From positions 86,558 through 150,557 of the forward strand of contig NIVC01000172.1 of NCBI GenBank assembly GCA_002269645.1: 64,000 bases of DNA, given 5' to 3'. A program made the position numbers and the translations under genes. Source of the stretch: Macrostomum lignano. Lineage: Eukaryota. Under the pieces are notes generated by a model, which saw nothing but the letters and a program-made list of their open reading frames with translations, was not told the origin of the DNA and did not search any database. Each line of letters begins with the position of its first letter. The first letter of the stretch is position 1. Positions 34,646 to 47,399 of this stretch are shown one piece after another.

Positions 34646-35326
34646 CTAACGATGTCGTTGCCGTTGACTGCAGTTAGTCGGACCTGGCTGTTTCAGCATG
34701 CTGCGAAATCTTTTATGATTCGCACGCAACAGATTTGGATATTTTGAAGGTCCCAGTTGCCTGCGTGGATCGAACCTTCGTTGATGCTTTTTTTGACCGC
34801 AGTGCTTCAATGTTGCTAGCAGAAATTTTTTAGCAAGAATCGGGCCTAGCCGCTCATGTGGCTGTGCATCAGATAGAGACGGCAGCAATTCTTGAGCGAC
34901 GATTGGCCCTGGCAGCAATTCTTGAGCGACGATTGGCCCTGGCAGCAATTCTTGAGCGACGATTGGCCCTGGCAGCAATTCTTGAGCGACGATTGGCCCT
35001 GGCAGCAATTCTTGAGCGACGATTGGCCCTGGCAGCAATTCTTGAGCGACGATTGGCCCTGGCAGCAATTCTTGAGCGACGATTGGCCCTGGCAGCTCAA
35101 AAGGCGCCTGTACATCGGGTAGTTGTTGCTCAGACACAGCATCCGAGGTTTCTGTTGAAAAGGGCAGCCAGAGTTCAAATGGGTACAGCCAATCGTTCTC
35201 AGACACAGCATCCGAGGCTTCTGTAGACAAGGATAGCCAGGGTTCCTGTAGCCATGGGTACAAAAGCGGGTCTTCCTCCGACTCCAACAATATTGGAGGA
35301 TCTTCATCAGCAGGCTGGTCGGCCAT
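34646..35326 (-). CDS. Hypothetical 226-aa protein with 7x LPGPIVAQEL repeat
   Basis: Open frame extends beyond the repeat on both sides; strong acceptor CTTTTCTTTTCAG 2 nt before the ATG; acidic N-terminus, basic C-terminus; no recognisable domain. Confidence 0.4.
   Translation of the reverse strand: MADQPADEDPPILLESEEDPLLYPWLQEPWLSLSTEASDAVSENDWLYPFELWLPFSTETSDAVSEQQLPDVQAPFELPGPIVAQELLPGPIVAQELLPGPIVAQELLPGPIVAQELLPGPIVAQELLPGPIVAQELLPGPIVAQELLPSLSDAQPHERLGPILAKKFLLATLKHCGQKKHQRRFDPRRQLGPSKYPNLLRANHKRFRSMLKQPGPTNCSQRQRHR
34880..35095. repeat. Perfect 30-bp tandem repeat x7
   Basis: GGCAGCAATTCTTGAGCGACGATTGGCCCT. Confidence 0.97.
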
Positions 35327-37213
35327 GTCTGAAAAGAAAAGGTAAACAAACCATACTTGCATTTCTTAGTTATTCCATTACTTTTATGCTCCAGAAGTTA
35401 TATGAGATCATCTTTGGGATTGAGATTAATATTCAAGTTTACACACTGTTTCCATAAAAAGGCTCAACTTAGGATAAATCTAAATATACTATCTAAGTTT
35501 TCTATTGCTTGATTTTTATAACACTGCAAAACCTAGCAATAGTTGGTTTACTCAATGATAGTGAAGTCACAGCTGAACTTCTAGACTATAAATGTTCTGC
35601 CACTTGTCTAATATTATAGGCTGATATATTGAACCAGTAATTTAAGGCAATTGGTGATTTACAATATAGATTAGGGATAATATGAACAAACATATCTTGA
35701 TGCTGCATTTTTTATACATAACAATCATACTTTGCACATTCAGTCCAGGGACAATTGTGTTTAAATTTAGAGTCACTTATTATAATTATTAATCATATAT
35801 TTTTGATATTATATAATGATATATAGGTGCCAGTCATTTTATTGAATACCTGTTTGTCAAATGCAGTTTGTCATAATATTTGTTTCCATATCCAATTTCC
35901 AATTGATGTCTATACCTAATGCATAAGTCACTTCTGGCCTATTGGCTTTTAGGTGGCAGCTAAATATGAGCGTATAAATATATTATTGTTTAAGTAATTT
36001 ATTATAAAGTTTTATTATTCTAGCAAGGAAGTTATTTTCTTCTCAATAAAAATAGTGGGTCAGCATTTAGTAAATAGGTGGCCAAACTATTAGTTGTAGG
36101 CTAGAATCATAGTGCCACTATGATAGCCATTATTTTTGTAAAACTTTACAATAAAGCTACAATAAGTTACAAAAAAGTCAAGTAAAACTCTACAAATTGA
36201 AAAATCTCAGTTAGCTAAGTATTCATCTATCTAGTCCTTATGAATTATTAGGATTAGAAAGGCAGAGCCTAACAAAGCTGCCTCCTAAATTGATACTCAA
36301 AGGTAGCATCAACTACCATAGAGGTCAGTAGCAATGTTCCAATAAAAGCTTGTAGCAAATTGCTAACATGATCCAGTGCTAGCAAGGAGTGGCAGCTTAG
36401 GCAAAAGTACTTATTTACCAAAATAAGTACAATGAACTAAGATCTGATAGTATTTGACTAACTGTCTTGACCTAGCAAACTTCAATTGACAAAATTGACA
36501 AACCTAAGTGGCAACTTATCTAGCTATCAATCTTTTAGTGCAAGCCTTTGGCTAGAGAATTTCATGATTTCTGTTCTCTCTGTATTTTTTACAGGGTTCT
36601 ATTTTCTTTTTTGTGTCCTACACTTTATCTTCTTTTACTTTTTGCATTTGATTTTTTAGAAAGACATATGAAGTAAGAAAGCATGAACCCATTCAATATT
36701 AATGACATGGCCATTGGCACTCTATAAGATTTATTGACATGGCTGCTGTCTTTGTATAAAACATTTTATATTGAAGGAAGGCCCCACAGTACAAACATGG
36801 CCACCATGTCTATAACCTTTAATATTATAGACATAGTGGCCTCCATAGTCAGGATCATGTCAACTGTGTGCCAAAACATTTTTTAAATAAAAAAGATGTG
36901 TGCGCCATTCGCATAAAGAGATTTACCTTGAGCCAAATTTTAGTCAATTTTCTATACACACAAAATATACTTTTTTGATATGACTAATTTTTAAGACGTT
37001 GCTAAAGTATAAGAAAATTAAAATAACATAGACAATAAAACAATTTAAAATAAAAATATTTCATTCAAGTAATAAAAATGTTTTAAAATATGAAAGTTTT
37101 ATCCTTAAAATTGATCTAATAGAGTTTTAATTTAAATATACATGTTTTAATCTTTTTATATTAAATATACTGCATTCTAAACACTATGCAGCCTGCTCTA
37201 TATTGCACTCATA

Positions 37214-37476
37214 CATGCGCAACAGTCGGCCGAGTCAGCCGATCCGGCCGACCAATTTGGCGACCAACCAAGGAAGTTGCAAAAATGCCCACCCAAAAAC
37301 ACCCAGTAGTAGTACTAAGTAGCTGACGAGGCATTTTGGCTTAATAAGAAAGTCATAGTTACTTCTGCCATTTACCCAAAGTTGCGTTAATTTTGCTTTA
37401 CGGTTTTTTTACATGCAAGTCGCATTTTTGTTAAAACTAAGTCGCACGGCCGACCGAATTTTGGAAGTTGCGCATG
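37214..37476. mobile_element. MITE, TIR CATGCGCAAC, TA target
   Basis: TA|CATGCGCAAC...GTTGCGCATG|TA; second copy at 43078-43363. Confidence 0.85.
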
Positions 37477-38741
37477 TATGATTGCACTGTGCATTGCAAA
37501 CTGCACTGCTTGCGCTGATGTATTGAACTGAAAAGGCTTCTATACACTGGAATTTTCTAGGCAAAAGAGGACATCATCCTAAGTATGGAGTGGCCTAGCT
37601 GTGTCTATAAATATAGAGCTAGTCTTTATTAGAGACATGGCCACTATTACTATCAGTTTTTGCATTATAGACATGGCTGCTATGTCTTTAAGAGTAAGAG
37701 TAGTATTAATAATAGGTACCCAATGGTTCATTCCTAGCTATGATATAGAATATTTCATTAAATTATTTTTTATTTGAATTTGAATCTTTTCTTATTTTCC
37801 TTCCTTCCTTCCTTTTAATACTAAAAGTGGTGCGATGTTTGTCTGTTTGTCTGTGTGTTGCAATTTTTCTCCTAGAATACTGGCAAGTCAGCGTCGAAAC
37901 TTATATGGGAAAACTGCAAATTTTCCGGGTCGGGCTATAGGCTATTTTAATATTTTATTTTCGATTGTTAAGATCCCTAAAAAAGCAGAAAGCAGCAATT
38001 CTGACTTTTGATAATCTTATTTGTCCCCTCTTTCTGCTCGGAGCTGAAAAAATGTATCAATTTTGAGTGATTGCGCCACAACTTTCTCCTATCTCGGCAG
38101 TGCATTTTCTCTCCAGTCGGAGGATGGGGCCATTCTCAGTGGCGGCGTGTGTACACTTGGACCCTTGCGCACTGGCTGACTGTATAGACAATTGCGCAAT
38201 GATGTGTTCTGCCTTTCAATAGGCTGCCCTGTGTAATAGCCGGGCAGTGAAACTCAATGAATAAACTTGCGACCCACTTTAGCAGGCAGTGAACGTACAC
38301 TCGATATTTGAATGCTTTTAATCAAGAATTTTCAAATGCTAACTGCTCTTCGATTTTTTAACTTTTAGAGAAGAGACTTATATTGCTGGAAAGATCTTGC
38401 AACGCGGAGTTCAGGGGTATAAGTTGTTTGCTTTAAATATGAAAACTAAAAGCACAGCATTCGAAAAACGATTTTCATACTTTTAACCTGCTGCAAAGAT
38501 TGTACTCATTTTGGCGAGAGGTGAGAGATAAAGTTGGGGGTTTCAACTTCTAACTGGCGCTGTGTATAGGAAAGGGGTCAGTCGCTTTGTATTGGAGGGT
38601 TGATTTAGATTGCGCAACTTTTTGTTAACTTTAACTGAGACTGGTACTGACTGACTGAGAAATCGGTTGCGCAATCAATTGATTCAATTATTTCAATGTT
38701 TTATTATCGGTGCGTTTTAACACGCAGCTCTGTGAAGCTCC

Positions 38742-38763
38742 AACCCTAACCCTAACCCTAACC
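38742..38763. repeat. Interstitial telomeric tract (CCCTAA)3
   Basis: Direct reading. Confidence 0.85.
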
Positions 38764-39492
38764 ATTGAATCTTGAGAGTTTAGTACTGTTTGACGGAGAA
38801 ACTTTCGATTGAGTCCAGTTTCACGGAGAGGATTTCTGTTTCGCGGAGAGGATTTCTGTTTCGCGGAGAGGATTTCAATGGTTTTCAGTTTCACGGAGCG
38901 GATTTTGATGGATTTGGAGAACAGTTAGATGATGGGATTCGGGTCTTGGGATTTAGCTGATGGAGTTGAGGGAATCGAATTCCGGGGATGGGAGTTCTTC
39001 CCCTTTCTCCTCCAGAGGAGGAGTTGGCCTCGTATATACTAAAAATGAGGTCTTTGGGTATGCAATAGATTTTAAAAAATGGCTCAAGCTCAAGTTTTCT
39101 TCTAACTTGCACCATTTGATCAGAAATTTTTCTGGGATGGCACATGCATGCTGGCTAAGAAATTGCTTAATGTTGAAGGGATTAAATATTCAAAAAACAT
39201 GCTTTTTTGCAAAGGTCAAGCAAAATTTTTGACTTTAAATGCATTGTAAGAATGCTAGAGAAAAAACTGACTGACTGAATTTATATTCTGATAAAGATTG
39301 CATTATAACAAGCTGAAAACAGTGCCAAAGAAATGCATATACAACTTGATTGAAATTGTGTAACCATATTGCTAATTTAAATTGAGACTGATACTGGCTG
39401 ACTAAGAAATTGATTGTCATAACTTTTTACTCTAACCAACTTGCTGTAAGTATTGAATTATAAGGGCCACAATTCATATTCTCCAATTGAAA

Positions 39493-39552
39493 AGAGATAG
39501 CCTAGATGCAAACAGACTGGACTGCTAATGTAGTGACCTGGGTTCGAATCTT
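39493..39552 (+). promoter_or_regulatory. tRNA-like Pol III A/B-box cassette in Helitron copy A
   Basis: GAGATAGCCTAGATGC...GGACTGCTAATGTAGTGACCTGGGTTCGAATCT. Confidence 0.55.
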
Positions 39553-41689
39553 AGTAGTGCTAAATAATATTGTTATTAAAACACCTTAAAAACAAAATGC
39601 TAAACATTAAAGAAGCCCAATGTAAAACATAAAAGAGCCACCATGTCAAACATAAAAGAGCTACCATGTCAAACATATACATGACTCCATGTCAAACATA
39701 TACATGACTCTATGTCAAACATTAAAGAGCCACCATGTCAAGCATAAAAGAGCTACCACATCAAACATAACATCATTTCAAACGTAAAAAGAAGCATCAT
39801 GGCAAATATAAAGAAGCCACTATAAAGCTAAGGAAATTGTTGCACTAGCTACTTGCTATCTGATTGATGCTTGCTATTAGGGAGATGCTTGCTATTGGAA
39901 GGATTCTTGCTATCTGGGATAACTTGCTATTGGGGGATGCTTGCTCTTGGGAGGTAGAGGGTACTTGCTATCTGAGAGGGGGTTGCAGGCTATCTATAAG
40001 GATTCTTTGTATCTAGGGATGCTTGCTATCTAGGGTTGCTTGCTATTGGGAGATGCTTGCTATCTGGGGTTGCTTATTATTGAGGGATACTTGCAATTTA
40101 ATGGATGTTTGCTATCTGGGGGATGCTTGCTGCCTAGGATATGCTTGCTATTTGGAGGATGCTTGCTATCTGGGGTATGCTTGTTGTCTGGGGACTAGGG
40201 ATGCTTGCTATTTGGGGGATGCTTGCTATCTAGGAGATGCTTGCTATCTGGGAGATGCTTGCTATCTAGGGGATACTTGCTATCTGGGGTATGCTTGCTA
40301 TCTGGGGGATGCTTGCATGCTATCTGGGGATGCTTGCTATTGGGGGATGCTTGATATTAGGGAGGCAAGAGGCTTTTTAGAGGGAATGTCTGTTGTCTTT
40401 ATGAAGGCTCTATTTTGCTATCTTTTTGTTACTTGTAGAGAATAGAGATTCTATCCAGATGTCCCCCATTGGGAGGCAAAGATTGCTAGTTAAGTTCAAA
40501 AATATGAAACAAATTAACAAATTAACAGTTTTATGTATAGTGGTACTAATAGCAAAATAATTTGTTATAGTCAATTGCTACTCTAAAACTGGCTATATCT
40601 CTATAGGTGGCACAATCTAACTTGACTTTTGAGGCTATTAGTCATCTAGCTATCTAGTCTATCTAGCCTAAAATCAGAAAAGTAAGCAATGGCTTGACTT
40701 GAATCTAGTATTGATAACTTGGCAACAATTTTTTTTATCTCAAATGCTCTTTATGAATGCACTTTAAAGGCCCCCTTGCATTATCATAGCTTTTTGACCA
40801 TAGAAATTTTCATGCTTTGAGCATGTAAAAATAATACTATTTTAAGAATTCTTTATATATCAATGCAAAAATTTAAATGTTATAGAGATTTGTCGTACAT
40901 AAATTAGGCTTACCTAGTTGCACTATTGCCAAACATTAAAATAATACCCTCGTGTCATAAAGTGGCCATTGACTAGGCCTATAGTAGACAATTTTGTACT
41001 AGTATATATTATTTTATTATATTGTTAATTTGTTTCTTTTTATATTTTCTGGACTCTAAAAATAGAAAACCAAATTCAAGTAAAAAATAATTTAATGAAC
41101 AATTCTATAGGTCAAGGTATACTTTATATATCAAGCATGCAACACAAAAAACTGACCAAGAAAGGCATATAGAATAGAGGATTATTTGTCAGAATAGCGC
41201 CAGGGTCAGGATTATATACTACTATATACCAGAACAAAAATTGTCTCCATAGCTCATGTATGCCAATGTATGCCAACAAACTTTATTATTGCATATAAAA
41301 ATATACCAAAATAAAAATGACAAATTATGACCAATATTAACAGCTTGCAGAATTTTAATATTTAAAAAATTAATGTGGTTAAACTGGTAATGGTAAATTT
41401 TTTACTAAACTATATAAGATTAGTTCATTTTAACTATATTTGTTTTACTTTTAATTTCTTGGAAAAGTTAAACCCAGTTTTTCAATTTAGTTTTCCACAA
41501 GTGAAATTCTTCTTTTGGAGGAGAAAGGGGAAGAACTCCCATCACTGGAATTCCATTCCCTAAAATTCCATGCCTTGAACCCCATTTTTCAAATTTTCTC
41601 TAAATTATTTACAAAACCTTTCAAATACCATAGTCTATATATTGTTTTCCATGTTTGCAAAAACTTACTGCCATTGTCCAGAATGTCGT

Positions 41690-42330
41690 GTCTCCTCTCT
41701 CCTCTCTGTGCTCTTATCATTACTCTCTTCTCTCATCTCTACTCTCTTATTTATCTCTTCCCCATCGTCTTTTGTCTGTACCCTCTCCTATCTCCTCTCT
41801 CCTGTCTCTTCTCTTCTCTCTTTTTTCTCTTTTCCATTCTCTCTTCTCTCCTCTCCTCACTACTTTCTTGTCTTAACTCTCTTATCTCTGATCTTTTATC
41901 TCTCTCCTCTCTCCTTCTCTCCCTTCTCCTTTCACTTCTCTTTCCTCTCTTGCTCCTCTCATCTCTACTACCTTATTTATCTCTTCTCCCTGGTCTTTCA
42001 TCTCTTACTCCCTACTGTCTCTTTTCTTCCCTCTTTTCTTATCTCTCCTCTCCTCTACTCTACTCTCTCATCCCTCATCTCACTTTTCTTTCTCCTCTAT
42101 TCTCTCCTCTTTTCTATTTCCTCTGTATGCTCTTTTCCTCCCTCTCTTCTCTCCTGTCTCCCTCTGCTATCTCATATCTCCCTCTCATCTTCTCTGTCCT
42201 CTTCTCTTTTCTCTCCCTCTTTATTCCCACCTTACTATCCTCTTTTCTTCCATTTATCATCTCTAATCTCTCCTCTCTCATATCTACTCTTTTCTTCTAG
42301 CATCTTTCTTCTGTTTACTCTCTTTTCTGA
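41690..42330. repeat. CT-rich low-complexity tract
   Basis: Degenerate CT/CTT repeats; the overlapping S/L/F ORFs are artefacts. Confidence 0.9.
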
Positions 42331-42634
42331 CTGACTGAAGGTGCCAAATCTATCAAAATCCTCTCCTTGAAATAGAAATCTATCACAATCCTCTCCGTGA
42401 AACAGAAATCCATTAAAATTCTCTCCGTAAAACAGAACTTTATCTAATTCTTCTTATGAATAAACTGAATTCCATTAAAATCCTCTCTGTTTAACAACAA
42501 TCTATCAATACCATCTCTGTCAAGCTGCAATTCATTAATTTAATTATGATAACCAATATCTCCCTGAAATTGCATTGAAGCAGTCCATTGAGACTGCTTT
42601 CCATACTTAAAATATTCAAGTTAGAGGCATCAGT

Positions 42635-42663
42635 GGTTAGGGTTAGGGTTAGGGTTAGGGTTA
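42635..42663. repeat. Interstitial telomeric tract (TTAGGG)4
   Basis: Direct reading; same CAGTGG context as 61633. Confidence 0.9.
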
Positions 42664-43077
42664 ACATTATTTTATCATTTTTTTCATTTTATTGCTATCC
42701 ATAGCCTCTTTACTAGGCAATCACTGTGTACACTGAGCTCTATTGCCGCCACCCCAACATGGGGGTTTTAATTGAATTTTACTTAGAACATATGTCAGAA
42801 AGTTAAAAGAATGATTTTTCTTAAATGCTGTGCTTTTTTCATGTTTAAAGCAAGAAACTTATATACCCAAACTCTGCATTGCAAGCTCTTTCTAGCAATA
42901 TAAGTCTCTCATCTTAAAGTTTAAAACTTGAATAACAGTTAGCATTTAAAATTTACCAATTTCCAAATTGCTTGCCTGAGAGGCTTGCAAGTTTGTTCAT
43001 TGAATTTCACTGCCCAGCTAATATACGGGGCCAATAATAAAACCAATTGAATCTTGACACAGTCTTATCTAGCCATA

Positions 43078-43363
43078 TATATGCAACAGTTGGCCAAGTC
43101 AGCCGATCTGGCTGACCAATTTGGCGACCAACCAAGGTAAGTGGCAAAAATTCCACCCAAATTAATACCAAAGTAGTACTAAGTAAATGACAAGGCATTT
43201 TGCCTTAATAAAACCGTCTTAGTGACTCCTGCCATTTACTCAAAGTAATGCTAACTTTGGTTTAGGGCTTCTTTTATATGTAAGTTGCATTTTTGGCCAA
43301 AAACTGTTGCATTTTTGTTAAAACTAAGTTGCATGGCCGACTGAATTTTGGAGGTTGCACATG
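43078..43363. mobile_element. Second copy of the CATGCGCAAC MITE, inside Helitron copy C
   Basis: Colinear with 37214-37476; absent from the homologous site near 62210. Confidence 0.8.
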
Positions 43364-43693
43364 TATGTATCTAGCTGCTTACACTGTACAACTGCTATGT
43401 ACACTCAGCCTAAGCCTCCTGGGGGATTATTAAATATTCTGGGGGAATTATTAAATTTAATTGCCCCTCAACATGGGGGTTATTTGCCTTGAACACAGAA
43501 TATATACATCCACACCCCCCCCCTCCAATACACAATGACCTGTGGGCAGAGGTTGCGGTGGCTATTTTTACAGACTGCAACCCTTCCACTGGAGAGGCAG
43601 AGTGGCCACAGAAGGGCCAAAGAAGGTTAAAAGCTGTTTTCTGCTTTTTTAGGGATATTAAAATGTGAAAATTGAAAATTAAAATAGCCTATA

Positions 43694-44478
43694 GGCTCAT
43701 TCCATATAAGCATGGTCGTAACATGACAGGTTATTTTTACTTATAAAATGAAATCTAATAATAGAATATACTAAACCAATATTTTAAATGAAAGATTATT
43801 TTGTCTAGAATATATTTATAGAGTTTCATATAGATATCATCATTAGTATAGATGCTATTAAACCTTAAATGACACTTATGGTCGTAACGACAGGATTTTT
43901 GACATATAGAAACTAAAAGGTAAAAGTCTCATAACATTTTTCATTTTTGATATTTTGCAATACATTTTTAAAATTTGACTAAGAACATCTTTAGAAATCA
44001 TACTCTTTTATTAGAATATATAAACTCAAAAGGCAACAAAGATACCAAAGAAAAGGCAGCCTTATGGTCGTAACATTATGGTCATAACATATTTTTTTCT
44101 GTCAATTCAGTAACTTTGAGGTACTAATACATTAAAAATATAATAGATTATTTGGTCACCAATGCTTTTATCTGATGATGCAAGTACTATACTTTTATCT
44201 ATAGTTTGTTTCAACCTTCAAAAGCTTTCTATTTGTTTTTAAAAGGTACAAAATCTTAATGATGTCTTTTGCTTCGAAAAATGTCCAAATTTTTACAAAA
44301 ATGACTTTTTGCCAATTGATAACATACTAATCCAACATTTTACCATTCCTTTATTCTTAGATTGTATATATTGCACAATATAAACATTTGGTAAAAAATA
44401 GGCTAATTAGGCAATGGCAAGCAAAAATATTGACTTTTTTCTATTTTCCAAATATGTCCATCTCATATGGAATGAGCC
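43694..44478. mobile_element. 785-bp non-autonomous TIR transposon with 4-bp TATA TSD
   Basis: TATA|GGCTCATTCCATAT...ATATGGAATGAGCC|TATA; the empty site GCCTATAGCC is seen in Helitron copy A. Confidence 0.85.
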
Positions 44479-45611
44479 TATAGCCTCTTCCAGAAAATTT
44501 GCAGTTTTCCTATATAAGTTTTGATGCTGAGTTGCCAGTAGTCTAAGATAAAAGTTGCAACAAACAAACAGACAAACAACACATCAGTTTTAGTATTAGG
44601 AAAGATTTTTTTATAAAAAAGGCATTATAAAGGGCCAGCTATTCTTTCTTATCAGAATTTAGCTAGGCCTAATATAACTATATATATGGAGATTATTCCA
44701 AATGTAAACTTAATCATTTTTGTATGCTAATTATATAGATTGATTAGAGGTCAGACAGGATTAAAATCTTTGGGCAAGATAGGGATCGGGAATAATTTTT
44801 TTTCTTAGGATTGAGATTGGGATTTGGGAATCAGGATTAGGTCTTTTAGTGTATTTTAGTTTGTAGGTCCATATAAAAGTAAAAAAAATTGAGCAAAAAA
44901 TGTCAAGATCAAAAGTGAAATGCAACAAAAGTCAAAATTGATGCAAAGTTCTGTAATGAACAAAGTAATAATGTAATAAATACAAGTTAAAAAATACATT
45001 TAAGTAATGACTAATTCTATTAACTTTTGATCAAAGGACCTGTTCCTAGTTCTTGTATTTTTTAGGGTTGGGATTCTAGTCCCATGAAAAATACAATTTT
45101 CCTCAGGATCCTAGGATTTTGGGATTGGGATTCCATCCAACCTCGAAGATTGATTACGACTCGGAACTTCTGGTCCCACCTACTATCTTGGCAATCTCTA
45201 TATATGCCAAGCTGTATACCAAAAAGGCACATATACATGCCTAATACCTGTCCGACCTGTCTAAACTGGACAGGTCAAATGGCTGCTGGCCAAGGTAAGT
45301 CACAAAATCAAAAATATGAAAAAGGAAAAATTGGAAGAAAGAAAGGAAAAGAAGAGAAATGGAAAAAAAAGAAGGAGAAGAGAAAAGGGAAAGAGGAGAG
45401 AGAAAAAGAAAGAGAAAAAGAAAAAAAGGCAAGAAAAGTCATTTACAAAGTGAAGATTAAGTTGCAATCAGGGGAACTAAGTTGCAATCAAGAGGAACTA
45501 AAGTTGCAATTGGGAGAAACTAAGTTGCAATTAGGAGGAACTAAGTTGCACCAGACAAGTGAAATTTGGAGATTGGGTAGGCCCTATGTATGAGGGCACA
45601 CTAGGCCAGGC

Positions 45612-46103
45612 CCAGGATGGAATTCTTGTATTTCTTAAGTCAAACGGAATTATGTGATTTTTTTATGGCGCGCAAAGTATTTTTTATTGATCGCATTTTT
45701 TATTTTGGTAACTTAGCACGTCGCAAAATAACGAAATAACGAAATAACGAAAGACAATAACGAAAAATGCATTCTAAGAAAATGTAGTGATTTGAATTTT
45801 CGTCCAAATACGTATGTTAGAGAATGTTACGAGTTTCTACTTTTTATAGAATTTTTTCGAATTTTTACTTTTGTGCCTTATTTAGTTTTTACTTTTTATT
45901 CTTTTTTTCTTAGTGATCTTAGCTAGTAGGATTATCTTTTGCAAAATCCAATATCTCAAGCGCACTTTTGCATATATTAAGAATTAGCAATTTTGTCTGA
46001 AATTCTGCAACGAATTTTTTCTGGATTTTTTGACGCAAAATCGCATTTTTTTTCTCACAATCGCATAACGCGTTGCGATTTTTCTGCAAGAATTCCATCC
46101 AGG
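45612..46103. mobile_element. 492-bp MITE with 8-bp TSD (hAT/P-like)
   Basis: GGCCAGGC|CCAGGATGGAATTCTTG...CAAGAATTCCATCCAGG|GGCCAGGC. Confidence 0.85.
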
Positions 46104-47399
46104 GGCCAGGCCTCTCTGTACACCAAGTTGTATGCCAATGGTGTACTCTAGGTCCCTCTGTATGCTGGAATTTTTGTATGCTATCCTGAGTCTAGGAATA
46201 GCATGTATGTTATTGGATTCAAAGTAGGCCTAGCTCAAGTGCTAGGCCTATTATTAATTTATTAATACTCCTTTAAAGCCAAAGAAAAAAATGAATAAGG
46301 TTTTATCCATATGCATAGGCCTATTTAATTTAATTTTCTCTTTTTGCACAAAACTCGATATTTACTTTTGGGATGAATTTTATCCTGGTCAGCTGGTCTA
46401 TAGGATAGCCCTATTCTACTCTATACACTTTATATATTTGGTATCAAAGTAGGCCTAACATGTAACTGAAATGGATGACCCCAAAATGACTGTTACCAAA
46501 GTAGTGCCTAGGACAAAAAATTGTAAATAACAAATAGGCCCTACATACATTCTAGGCCCTATAAACAGTTCAGAATAACAAAGTCTAGTTAGGGCCTAGG
46601 CATATTTGATATTGTTAATGTTAGCAATTAAAGCACCAGTATTATGCCATTAGGTTTGCAGCAGCAAGTAACACACCTTTACTTGATTGGTTGACAGTAG
46701 ACAGCAGACATGTAGGTTATTAGATAATTAGATAAATTAGTAGTTTCAGTTACAGTCCATTTCGGCAAAAAACCATTTCGGAGAAATCGGCGAATGCAAT
46801 GACCACTTCGGCGAACGATATACTTAATATAGTTTATTTAACTTTATATAATTGGATTTTAATAGTATTGAATAACTACAACTCAAAATTAAGTGCTTAA
46901 AATTACTACAACTTTTATCGCCTTTGTTGTACTTTCTTATCACAGAAGTCAGTCCGCTCTTAATTAATGTTCTATAGTAAGAGAGTAAGAGAATTTGGCT
47001 CAGGCAATTAGCCTGTTTGGCCAATATATTATAGAGCTATGTATTTGGAAAAATTTTCGAAATAGAAGTTTATAAAGACGATTTGACGACGATTTGCCGA
47101 AGTTATTGTAAAAGATAAAGTATTTGAAAGCGCGCCAGAATTTTTACGGTATTTTTGGACGAAAAGTGACGACTAACAACTAACAACGAGTATAAATATT
47201 AATACAAAAATGAGTACAAATTACGAGGTATAGCTTTAATTGCGAGATTACTTTGGTAAGCGAGTTTGTAAAAAAAAGATGTAGTATTTTTTAAAGCGCG
47301 TGATATTTCAAAGCGTGAAAAACGAACATAAACACTACTTCGAAAGAACTTTACGTTTAACGAATAACGACGATTTAAATATAGGAAATTAAAAAAGAC

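Larger units (their letters stand above)
37812..40489 (+). mobile_element. Non-autonomous Helitron, copy A (about 2.7 kb, older)
   Basis: 5' TTAATACTAAAAG..GTTTGTCTGTTTGTCTG homologous to the 62655 end; (CCCTAA)3, tRNA-like cassette, 16-17-bp array 39850-40370, 3' hairpin GTCCCCCATTGGGAGGC and CTAG|T. Confidence 0.8.
41510..44605 (-). mobile_element. Non-autonomous Helitron, copy C (3'-truncated, with nested insertions)
   Basis: A|TC 5' end at 44605; homologous to 61270-62655, including the TTAGGG tract at 42635-42663. Confidence 0.75.

Noticed and set aside
41515-42334. Multi-pass membrane protein ORFs
   Set aside because: Hydrophobicity comes from CT-rich low-complexity sequence.
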